Program-made: the position numbers and the translations under genes
Assembly (NCBI GenBank): GCA_022813965.1
Contig: JALDZS010000034.1
Coordinates: forward strand, 1-64,000
Direction of reading: 5' to 3'
DNA: 64,000 nt
Source of the DNA: Toensbergia leucococca
Lineage: Eukaryota
Part shown: piece by piece, positions 26,829 to 37,801 of the stretch
Layout: every line of letters starts with the position of its first letter
How positions within the stretch are numbered: position 1 is the first letter of the stretch
Notes under the pieces: generated by a model
Told to the model about the DNA's origin: nothing
Seen by the model: the letters and a program-made list of their open reading frames with translations, nothing else
Database searches by the model: none

Positions 26829-27858
26829 GTTGGCAGCTAGAAGGGGCGTGGTGAGTTGAGGGTTTTTTTTTTGGTTTTTTTTGGGGGCGCTTCTTTTTAG
26901 ATCGAAGGTTGGGTTTGGGGGTTGAGGGGGTGGTTTTGGGGGGAGGGGGAGGATGGATGAGAATGATACGTATCGCTATATGGGTTGGGAAATTTTTCAG
27001 AGCGCGATCCTCTTTTCATCCTTTTTTTCTCTCTTGGTGTTTTCCTTGTCAGATGGGATTAAGACTAGCCTGATTTTTTCTAATTCTTGCACTTTGTGCG
27101 CATGATGCTTCGCATTTTAACCTCTTACCCTGGATCCTCTCTCACACTACGTCCTCTTCTCACTATAACCTCATGAACCCCATAAACCCCCTATGCATCC
27201 CTCACTTCCGGCATTCTTTCGTACGGGTTTAGGTCGTCTATTTTGTTTCTAACAAATCTCATTCGGGATCATAGCAATATCTGAGGAAATCTTTTACGGG
27301 GGTTTTGGAGGGTTTGAAATCTGAAAATGAGGGGGTTTTCTATTGATTTGATTTGGTTGATTTGATTCAATTAACTATGCTTGAAATCTTCTTTTCTCCT
27401 TTGAGAGCTCAACGGGAGCCGGGGCAGGGAGAGAAGGGGAAGAGGAGTTTAACGACAGGCAACAAAAAGGGAACATTTTAAACTCCGCTCTCCCCAAAAA
27501 CGAGGCTCCCATCTGTCTAATCACAAAATAGGGGGCTCGAAACCCCTACCATTTCAAAGAATTGGGCTCCAACGAACCCTGATCTCATATTTTGATACAT
27601 ATGGCACATACCCCAATCCTTCATACTCGGGTACCCAGGAAACAAGGGGCGGAGGGGAGATTTTTGTCGCCAGAGGATATATTTCAATCAAAGGGTGATG
27701 GATAAATTAAAGAATTAACAATTCCAATTAAATAATATAAAACAAAATAACCCTACAACACCAACCCCCCACCCACCCAAATAAAAACCCATAATTTTAG
27801 ATCCACATCTCCACACACAACACTCCCACCACCTCCCCCCCGCACAACCACATACCTA

Positions 27859-29148
27859 CTACGCACACGCAGGCAACGGCGTCGTCGGCACCATGCCGTT
27901 GGGATAAACCTCCAAAATAGCCGGCCCGGCAATAATATTCTCGTCCGTAACATTCGTCGCCGATTTGGACAGCACCACATAAGTCATGCCCTCGATGCCG
28001 GCGGGGATGGTGTCGATTTTGTAGTCGACGTTTGTGTTTGTGATGCGGACTTGGACGGGGTACTGTCAGGCAATAGGGAAAAGGATTTGGTTAGATTTTT
28101 GCTCTTGTTTTAGGGGCGGGGGGGGAAGAGGGGGGGTTGGGTTTTTGAATTTTAATTTACCTTGGTTAGGCCGGAGAAGAAGACGGCGTAGATGGGGGTT
28201 GTTTTTGTGATGCCGAATTTTTGGGCGTTGGTGAAGGCGTCGTGGAAGGTTACGGAGGAGGCGGAGGCTCTGGTGGGTTTGGGGTTAGTAAGGGGGGTTG
28301 GGATTTTGGTGTCTTGAAAGGTGCTTTTACTCGTAATAATATTGGCTGCATTGGAGAGCTAGGGGTGGGAATGCCATGAATGGGAGAGTTACGGGGCTGG
28401 TGCCGCCAGTGATGAAGGCGGATGCCAGGCTGTATACTTCATCCTAGGGAATGTTAGTATTGATGTTATTAGGACGTGCTTAAATAGGTTTAACGTACGA
28501 AATCTAAGGGGGTATCGAAGGGGTTTGGGAAGGGTGATTCCTTGAGGGAGGCTCGGATGTAGGAGCTGTGGCGGGCTTCGACTGTGAGAATGGCTCCAGC
28601 AGCTGTTAGATAGTCCTTATTCATAATTGAAGCTGCTGCTCCGAGGTATCTATAATCAAGCGGGTTAGAAAATGTCCATTTCCTAGGGAATCGCGTCTAA
28701 GCTTACGCTGAAACACCGACGCCTTCCAGAACACTGGATAGTGTGACGAATGATTTTACATCAGTCGCTGGGAATGTGTATACTAGTTCCACGGTTGGCG
28801 TGTAATTGGCAGCCTTGATAGCAGCCGATAAAAAGGCGACGTGAGTTTGCTCGTCGACATAGATTTCTTCCAGATTGGCATAAAATGGATCGGGGAAACC
28901 GGCGGCGATGAATTCGGCGTGAGTGTAATTGGCTAAACCTTCTTGATAGAACTTCCGCTCTAGGTATTCGAGGGTCAAGGCGTAGTTTAGCTGGTTAATC
29001 ATTAGATCTCGAATGGATGACGCCGAAAAGGACATGACTGTACAATTATGGGGTCGGTGACACTTGGAGTGGGATTACGCTTGCTGATTGGAGATGCAAA
29101 GGTGGAGGCTGCAGCCAGGAAAACTGCGAGAGTGGTAGGTAGATGCAT
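27859..29148 (-). CDS. rds1: Rds1-like secreted ferritin-like domain protein
   Basis: Signal peptide [72 protein letters not shown]. Confidence 0.85.
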
Positions 29149-30681
29149 AATGAAGACGTGAATTGGGGGATATTAAATATCTGAATAGTAATTCAATTCG
29201 TAGGAAGAGAGTTATACAAGCAGGAAGATTGTAAGAATAGCTAAGAGAATACGGCGGAGAGGGGAAGGTAACTATATAGCTACTGTAAGCAAATGCAAGC
29301 AGGGCGAAGATCAAGAATGACGGTGTGTTGAAGGATGGGCTTAGGTAGCTATTGAACTAAGTCGCAGGCCTTTGCACGTTGCAGGGCGGATTCAAGCCAA
29401 TCGTAAGCATGCTCCAACGCCCATGACCATCTTCAGAGCAGACCTGGATCGAGGTCGATTCTCGCGCCGAACACAGCCTATGCCGTTAATTGAGATTTTT
29501 CAAGCTCAGTGATACCGTTAGCTCCCCAGCTGTCGGACCCCAAGCTACCGATGCATGGAATCACACGGGAAGATGACAGCCGAGTGGATCGACATCCAAT
29601 GAGAGGCCGTGGAAAACGCCATGGACACTTCGAAAGCGGATGCCTTGATCGAATTCCCCTCTTTGGGAAGAAGCTTAACGCACTAGTTCCTACGCTTGAC
29701 CAGATGTGATGGCGGATCATCAGTTTCCGACCACAATCCACAAGAATGGTCCGTGGCCTGACACTGGGTATTCGATTGGTGCTCATCTCCTCTGAATCGA
29801 TCAGGTCATCAGTGGAGATTATATTTCCGCTTGACTCACCTGATCTGATCAAAATTCTTTCAAATTACTAAATGAAATGTCTTAATAAGAAACCGAGAGG
29901 AACATCCTTAGTAGGGGAAGGAATTACGTCAAATCAGGTCAAATTAGAATAGGTTAATTTAGGTAAGGTACATTAATATTGCCGCAGGCTAAGGTACCTA
30001 TCTAAGACCGAGGGACTGGTGACCGCTGAGAAGAACCTTACAATAAATACACTAGCTCATCCTTATCCGAGCCGCCTCATCATCACATCATCGACCATCG
30101 TAACTGCCGCCATCTGATGATCTGCCATTGGTGAGGGGTTGCATCGACTCAGGCCAACAGCTCAAGTATAATATCAGTTGAGCTGGAGAGATCACATGGC
30201 AGGCCAGAATCTGTCACAGATGATGAACCCACATTTCTTACCGGAGTCAGTCTTCATTAACGTTCTCGAAGGACAAAGCTAAGTGTGAAACTGTCTATGT
30301 AATGTGCTCAGCTCAGATTGACATTCCTGAGACCCATTTTTCCCCTAATCTCCAAATGATTCCATGGAGAATCGAGTCGTGTTGCAAATTCCATAGAAAG
30401 AAATGCCTCCGAGGTATCCTGTTCCTTGTCACCAGCCAAGCTACAATTTCCAGGTGGTCTGTTGCTTCTGCTGCTCTTTCCTTGTCAGGTGCGTTCCCTT
30501 GGTTGTTCTTGCTCCATCTTCTGTTGGGCGCGTCTTTCGTTGATAGGAGCAATGGCGAACTCTTCCTTGTCCAGTGTTTCCGTATTGCTTCAACACCATT
30601 ATCCATCCAGTCATCCAATCAGTTGTTCATTCATGCAAGTCAAATTGCCACTCGTTATCTATCATTATCGTCTTCCCAGTT

Positions 30682-31540
30682 ATGAATATCCGTTATGCCA
30701 AGAGAAGAGACGTTATCAGAATCGAGGAGATAAGTCATTTGAATGGTGGAGATAGCTTGTTAGAGTGGTGCCTTGCTTATGAAGACCTTGATTTTGTGAG
30801 GGATTATACCCGGATGGTAGGCCAGAGTCTATCTCGTTTTCCCGTTAAGTTAATTTTGGGAATTGATTCTTTGGGAAGGTCTACCACCATATCGTCGGCT
30901 GTCCTCAGCATATTGCCATTGTTGCCGAGGTAGACTCTTCTAACCCGGGTATGAGAGCGGATGCAGACAGAGGAGAAAACGGCAAAGTCATCGTTGGCTT
31001 TGCATTTTGGGAACGATGGGGCATCTCTGATAAGTGTCGATCTTGGAACGAGCGAGCCATGCCTAAGCCGTCTAAAGAAGGTGAGCACCTCATTCTCAAT
31101 TACATGAGGCCCAGCTTTGTATTTACTATGGAACAGAGGAGCTCCTTAACGCAAAATTTAGTGCCGCAACTCACCGACTACAGCAAGACGACCCATTCGC
31201 CATCAAACGTCTCAATGCCGTAACGAATACGATCAAGAAAACCCAGCACTCTTGTCTAAACTCTCACATATCCTCTGAATGGTTCATCGTAGTTTGTATC
31301 GATGTTCATCCGAAATGGACAGACAAAGGAGTTGAGAAGTGCTTATTGCAATTTGGTCTCAACCAAGCCAAAAAAGAAGAGGCAGGCTGTGGTGCCTTTG
31401 TAAGAGGAGTCCTGGCTAACTTCCTCCGGAATGAGAAATTTGTGCAGATGACTAAATTTAGCCTCAAAACTCCGGAACAGGGTGATTTGGGTGGGTTGAC
31501 ACGGCATTTCTTGATAGACAGACGGCTGTTTTTAGAATAG
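30682..31540 (+). CDS. GNAT-family acetyltransferase-like protein (3 exons)
   Basis: MNIRYAKRRD N-terminus, KVIVGFAFWER, motif-A-like IDVHPKWTDKGVEKCLLQFGLNQAKKE; two GT-AG introns join the short ORFs into one frame. Confidence 0.72.
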
Positions 31541-31995
31541 TGACGGAGACTAGGCCGTTCATTCTGAAACAGGAACAAATAATTTGATATGGTACGTTAA
31601 GGTAGAAGAATAAATGAGTAGGATGGAGTACTTCAGTATGACACTCGAGGAGAGGTGATAGTCTACTTTATCAGTGTTAGGTACAAAGTCCCAAGACATT
31701 TGTACGAGTACGCTACCAAGTATGCAGAATTGAAGTTTGTTTCTGATCTCCTGCTCTATAGTTCGTAGTCACTAATCCATTAAATACAATCATCCAAGAA
31801 CACTGGTATTCGTTCATGGATCTTTTGGCCACGACTATTTTGGCCCTACTTCACCACTTCAACATCCTTGATTACGTAGACTTCTATCCGACAGATACTA
31901 CCGTCTACCGTCACTTCTTAATCTCAACTTAACATGACTGGCATCCTCTAATGGCTACAGGCCAGCCTGAGTGCTGCTCAACCCTACCACATAAA

Positions 31996-33003
31996 AGAAT
32001 GCAAACTCGTACGTATTAGTTGCGTGTATTTCCTTTCACATATCGACCAACGCCAACAGGAGCAAGAAAGACCAGAAACAAAACCTCTGGTTCTGGGATC
32101 GAATCCACACTTCGCCGTTTCTTTGTCATTTCCACCCGAGACAAGTGCCATTATTGTCTCACCGTGAGATTTCAGTTAAGATGCTCCGACCTATTTGACC
32201 ATTTACAGCCATCCAATACGATTCAAGTCACTCTACTATATAAATATTGAAAAATTCATGACTTGACAGACCCCGTTGATCTCTTATCGTTGCTATTTTC
32301 CATCTTTGCTTTCCGTTCATCTCTACACTATTTCATACCTTACCCCGTTCATGTTGAAAATGTTCGGCGAAGCAGCCACCATTAGTCTTGTTAGAACGTG
32401 TAATGTCTCATCTGATAAGTATTGATACTACTGAAAGTTTCGTCACAAACACTTCCATTTCTGATTGTGGCCAAGTCTCTTAAAGACAAAGTAATCGACT
32501 AATTGAAAGGTACCTTACCTTATTGTCCGTCTGGAATGCACGCTAAGCTGTTTCCTGGGGCAGGAACATCATCACGTGAAGGATGCCTACCATTCCACGA
32601 CGTGGCTGCCACTACGACCAAGTTCTCTGGTTTCTTCTGGACGTTGTCGGGATTCGCTGGTATTATAAATTCTATACCACTTATGGCATCTGTAAGATAA
32701 TTATTTCTTTGAATTTGACAAGAGAAGTAGCCGCATGCAGCCCCGAGCCAGATCTTCTGGACATCCGTGCCGGCAGCGCATGCCTCATGGGAAAAGCCCT
32801 AATCCCACATTCCTTCCCAAGCCCTGGCTTTTACCAGAATACCAAAAGATATCATGAGGCTGGGTTCTAAAATGTCCCCCTCGATAAATACTTCATCCTC
32901 TCAGTCTGTTTGTTTGTTTGCTTCTATCATCATCTTGTATCATTGGTGCTCTAGCAGACCCCTTGATCTCCAACCAAAATCTTCTTCTGCAAGGTACCAT
33001 TCT
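31996..33003. promoter_or_regulatory. Cluster of putative AbaA/TEA response elements (CATTCY) upstream of wetA
   Basis: AGAATG 31996, GGAATG 32533, CATTCC 32591, CATTCC 32808, CATTCT 32998. Confidence 0.55.
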
Positions 33004-33115
33004 TAGCCTCCACTATCCAAGAATTTCAAAACGACTCCTGCTATTGTTCAGTACACCAAAACATTGGAGTTTTGGAGATTCCTATCAGTTCAACAAGCAA
33101 ATTCAAGCTAGACGC

Positions 33116-34747
33116 ATGCAGACAGTCACCATGTTAGCACTCAGTCCAATCGAATATTCTCATCAGTCGGAGGACAAAGGGTTTGACCTGTCCGCGCAAA
33201 GCCTCGAGGACCCATTCAGCGATCTCTTTGATCAGTACATCAAGCACGAATCGTTTGACTTTAATGACAATGTCAACGATTTAGATTTCTTTGCAGACAT
33301 CGACATACCTACAGATCCAGACACATCGTCGAGTGGAAGTTATGCTGCAGAACCCAAAGCTAATGACGAATTGCGAGTAAATCAAGAGAAGGCCCATCCT
33401 ACTTCAAGCAGCGAAGTACCACTCCAGCAAGGCTTCCGAACCCTCGTAAGTAGGGGAAGGCCTAGACAAGCAATTTCTGGGGTTGAGCTCCTTAGCCTTG
33501 AGGGGAAATCGGCTTACCAGGAAACCACTTTCAACAATTTTCCATCACCTCCAAAAATCCCGGTAATTCCATCGACAACCACACCTTTGCGAAGAAAACC
33601 AAAATTCAGTGTTACTACACCGGAGACCCTTCTCGGCCGTACACACAGAGTCTCGAAAAGCCCATGTCGCATGATCAGTGAGTCATCTAGGATGATGCGT
33701 CCCTCCTACTATTATCGACATGAAATGCCATCATCTCACGAGTGGACTCAACGATTTGAGCAGATCAATTTGGACGGATCTGCGAGTCAGTCTGCAATGG
33801 CCCCTCGGCCCTCTGAAACGGTGTATCAGCGTGAAAACACAAATACAGTCACAGCGCCAGGCCATAGGGCTTCTTGCGAGCTCTTGAGTGAAAAGGAACA
33901 GGTTGAGGAGAAACCGGTTTATTCCCACAGACGCCACGGATCCTTAGCCGACGACTTCAACGCACTCACGATACCACAGAAGTACACACGTGGAGATCAT
34001 CAGCTGATGCACGACCGAAGGAGAACATCCTATGATCACCACCACGCTTTCAGAGAGGAGGTGGTGGCACACGCGCAATCTATACCCAGATCTCAACGGC
34101 CATCGATTCGAGCTGAGCCGAGTATGGACGAGTATGAATTCACGGTATCGCCGAGTCAGATCCAAAGAGCCTGGCCAGGTGACCGGCTACAGACGTCGGA
34201 TTCTTTCTATCAAGACTCCACTCCGGTGCTCGCACAGGCAGACACGGATCTTGCAATCCAAGGTCTGATGATTCAATGCGATCCTTTCGACAATTTCATT
34301 GGAGAAGATCCCTCGGAAAGCTATCTCGTCACATCAGCCGATTCCTTTCAATTGACAGAGTTGGAAAATTACCCGCCAGATCTTTCTCCCACGATCAATC
34401 AACATCGGCCTCGGACGCCTTCATCACGCTCGTCATCCACCTCCCCCTCACCATCAACGCCCTCCAAAGCGCGTCGCCGTTCAAGGGTCAGTCGACGCAA
34501 GTCTTCATCAAGTACACCCAAGACTCCGAGGACGCCAAAGACGCCAAGCTTCGGCTTCGTGAATTTCACGCCCAACGATAGTCAGAAAATACTAGGAGGT
34601 GTGGCGCCTAGTGGAAGCTCCAAGACTCAAGCGAGAAGAGAGCAGGAAGCAAATGAAAAGAGAAGGAAAATGAGCCAGGCGGCTCTGACGGCAGTAACAG
34701 AACTGGGCGGGGATCCGGAGAAGTTGAAGGGCGATCTGATGATATAG
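33116..34747 (+). CDS. wetA: Developmental regulator WetA
   Basis: C-terminal ESC1/WetA domain FVNFTPNDSQKILGGVAPSGSSKTQARREQEA; N-terminal DLFDQY; single exon. First ATG is 33116 (or 33131). Confidence 0.92.
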   Translation: MQTVTMLALSPIEYSHQSEDKGFDLSAQSLEDPFSDLFDQYIKHESFDFNDNVNDLDFFADIDIPTDPDTSSSGSYAAEPKANDELRVNQEKAHPTSSSEVPLQQGFRTLVSRGRPRQAISGVELLSLEGKSAYQETTFNNFPSPPKIPVIPSTTTPLRRKPKFSVTTPETLLGRTHRVSKSPCRMISESSRMMRPSYYYRHEMPSSHEWTQRFEQINLDGSASQSAMAPRPSETVYQRENTNTVTAPGHRASCELLSEKEQVEEKPVYSHRRHGSLADDFNALTIPQKYTRGDHQLMHDRRRTSYDHHHAFREEVVAHAQSIPRSQRPSIRAEPSMDEYEFTVSPSQIQRAWPGDRLQTSDSFYQDSTPVLAQADTDLAIQGLMIQCDPFDNFIGEDPSESYLVTSADSFQLTELENYPPDLSPTINQHRPRTPSSRSSSTSPSPSTPSKARRRSRVSRRKSSSSTPKTPRTPKTPSFGFVNFTPNDSQKILGGVAPSGSSKTQARREQEANEKRRKMSQAALTAVTELGGDPEKLKGDLMI

Positions 34748-34977
34748 GGTTGGGAATGCGTGTTCTAAATACGGGTATATAGCACATGTACTTGGACACC
34801 AGACTCTTAGAGATAATACCAGTGATTCGGGCACTGAATACTTGAATGTACGGATAGAATTGTGTAACGATTGGCCAAACGGTTGCCGGGTAGCGAAGGT
34901 GATGTTTTCGGTGTCTAGATTCTTCAAAGTATTGCACAACCCGATCAACATCAGTAATTAAGGAATAGTCCACCACG

Positions 34978-35649
34978 ATGCCACTAATGATAGAGTCGTA
35001 CGACTCTCTTCCATGTAAGCTTGTAATTCTTCAAACATTGTGTTTTTCCTACTCTCCTAACTAATCGCCTTCCTAATCCAAAGATATTGATGCTCCCCCA
35101 ACTACCAGCGAGCGAGCAGCCATCGAAGCTCTCATAATCGCAGAACTCGGCCCTACCGACACTTCAACTCCTCACCCTCAACTCCCCACCCTCCCCTCAC
35201 TCAACTTCACTCCATTAACTCAAGCCGAACTCGACCGCGTCTCCGCTCAAATCCCCCTAACCGCCATCGACCTTTCCCGCTACGAAGCCCCCTCTCCCTC
35301 CGATACCTCGGACTCAGCAGCTCAGCGCCAAGCTCTCCAAACCGCCTATACTCTCGCGGGCCACCTCTCCATCCGCCACAAAAATCTAGCGCTGTTGGAG
35401 CAATTTGGCAAGAATGCATGGGTGATACACTGCTCGCAGCTGGAAGAGATACTACGGGGCTTGGAGCGAGAGCTAGCAGAGATGCAGGCGGAGACTGAGG
35501 CTGTGAATCGGGCAAGGAAGGCGGCGCAGGAGGGGGTGAGGGCGCAACTGGAAGGCCTGGAGGCGGCGTGGAGGGAGGGGGTTGGGAGGATTGTGGAGGT
35601 GGAGTTGGCGGTTGAAGGGCTGAGGAGGAAGATAAGGGGTTTGAATTGA
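34978..35649 (+). CDS. SPF27: Pre-mRNA splicing factor BCAS2/SPF27 (Cwf7)
   Basis: MPLMIESYDSLP|YID.., IDLSRYEAP, NLALLEQFGKNAW, VNRARKAAQ, LEAAWREGVGRIVEVE. Confidence 0.9.
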
Positions 35650-35976
35650 GGAGGGAGATGAGGCCCATATGCCGCTGTGAAGCTTCTGCAGTCAAGGCGT
35701 TTGAGTCGGCGATGCATTGAGATACCCACATATTTTAGAGTTCTATGGATTTCATCCCATATAACATCGAACAGCTCCTAGGTAATCTCATAATACGTTC
35801 AGAAGTAGCCTTCCTACCTTTCAGCTTTTCCTATTCACGCTGCACCAAACCCCATCAATCATCACCCTCCCCATAGGGCTGACCCATGCAAGCGAAAAAA
35901 GCCCAAAAACCCGCGTCTCAGCATCTCCAAACTAAACCTACCACGCTCCTCCAACCCACTCCCCAAAACCGCCAAA

Positions 35977-37070
35977 ATGCCAAAATATAAGTCCTCCATC
36001 CAAATCCACCCTTCAACATCTAGCTAACAAACCCCCCACTCTTCTGTAGCTCCCCCCCTCCCCCCAAACCCAAAAAACCCTCCCCATAATCCCCCCAAAG
36101 CACCAACCTAACAAACCCCCCCCTTCCCAGGCGACTACTGCGACGTCTACCTAACCCACGACTCAATGTCCGTCCGCAAAGCCCACAACAGCGGCCGCAA
36201 CCACGAACGCAACGTAGTAGAATACTACCAACGTAAACCCTTCCCCCCCACCAAAAAACCTCCCTCCCCTACAAAGTCTAACCCACCCACCCCTTTGCTC
36301 GGGTAGAAATCGGCCACGAAAAAGCGCAATCCGTAATTGACAGCATCACCTCCTCCTACGCCGCTGAAGGCCTCTCAGGCGCAAACCCCATGCTCTCGGG
36401 CCCTCCGCCCGGCGCAACGCCCTTCGCGCCCCCACCGCCATTCGGGCAGTTTGCAGGCGTGCCTCCGCCGCCATTTGGGATGATGCCTGGAGGGATGGGA
36501 GTGGGGGTACCACCGATGCCGATGCCGGGAGGATTTCCACCGCGTAAGTTGACGCTTGCTTTGTCTTTCCCTCCACCCATTTTCTAAACACCTCCCCATC
36601 CGCACCTGCACACCCCGCACTCTAGAAAAAAAGAAAAGGCATCATTATCCAACTCCAAAAGCAGAAGCGGATGAACTCTTATCCCCCATCCCACCGCATC
36701 CCTTCCCCCCTCCAAACACCCCACATCCAACACCCCACTAACCAAACCTCCCCCGTTCTCAGCACCAACCCCAGGCCCCAACGGCCGCGGCCTACCCTTC
36801 CCCCTCCCCTTCCCGCCTCCCAACGGCATCCTCCCCTTCTCCCCTCCAAACGCCGTCAACAACAACAACAACAACATACCCCCACCCGGCAGCATACCAC
36901 CGCCCGACTTCCGCTTTCCGCCGCCCGGGTTCGCGCCGCCGTTGCAGGGAGGAGGAGGGCCCCCGCCACCGTTGTTGCAGCAGGGACAGGGGATGAGTCC
37001 TGGAGGGCGGGAGGGGTTTGCGCCGCCGGGGATGATGGGGGGGTTTGGGGGTGGGGGGGAGAGGAGGTAG
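35977..37070 (+). CDS. SNRPC: U1 snRNP protein C (U1-C)
   Basis: Exons 35977-35986, 36040-36045, 36131-36232, 36307-36544 and 36763-37070 give [54 protein letters not shown] plus a Pro/Gly tail. Confidence 0.93.
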
Positions 37071-37351
37071 TGTTGGTTTATGTTCAGGGGAGTGGGAGGA
37101 GAGTTGGGGGGTTTGGAGATTAGAGGGAGGAGGTAGTGTTGACAATGACAGTTGTACATAATACCTACCCTCTTCGCAACAACGTGGTGGGCGCTGCTTT
37201 AAAGCTATAGCTCTGACATATTCGATAAAAAGCCACCCCTGCAGGTACCTAGCCATGCACTGCAACTCCGCCGGTAACAAAAAGAGACCGCCCCAAAATC
37301 AAATCTCACAACGAGCTTCTGTCACCAAACGCCCATCTCATCTCCCTCACA

Positions 37352-37558
37352 CGGCAGCCTACCTACCGCCCGACTTCCGCTTTCCGTTGCCCCGAGTTCG
37401 CGCCGCCGTTGCAGGGAGGAGGAGGGCCCCCGCCACCGTTTGTTGCAGCAGCAGGGACAGGGGATGTAGTCCTGGGGGACGGGATGGGGTTTGCGGCCGC
37501 CGGGGATGATGAGGGGCAGGGCAGGGGTTTGGTGGAGGGGAGAGGAGAGGAGGTAGTG
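37352..37558 (+). repeat. Degenerate direct duplication of the 3' end of the U1-C last exon (36887-37072)
   Basis: Shares CCGCCCGACTTCCGCTTTCCG, GTTCGCGCCGCCGTTGCAGGGAGGAGGAGGGCCCCCGCCACCGTT and GAGAGGAGGTAGTG, with several indels. Confidence 0.88.
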
Positions 37559-37801
37559 GTGTCTTTTTGGGCGCGGTCGAGTTGGGGGAAGGGGTAAGGG
37601 GACTGTTGGAGAAGAGAGAGAGAGCGAGAGCGGCAGAGGATGAGGGTGACAATGGTGCATGGCTGTTTCAGATACAGCCTTTTTCAAATGAATGTATCTC
37701 GTTTTGAAAAGCTATGCACTTTAAGCTCTGATTAAAAAAAAAAGCCAAGGTGACCCACGCAGCAAACATCGTCATGGGTCATACGCATATACCAGCTCCC
37801 A

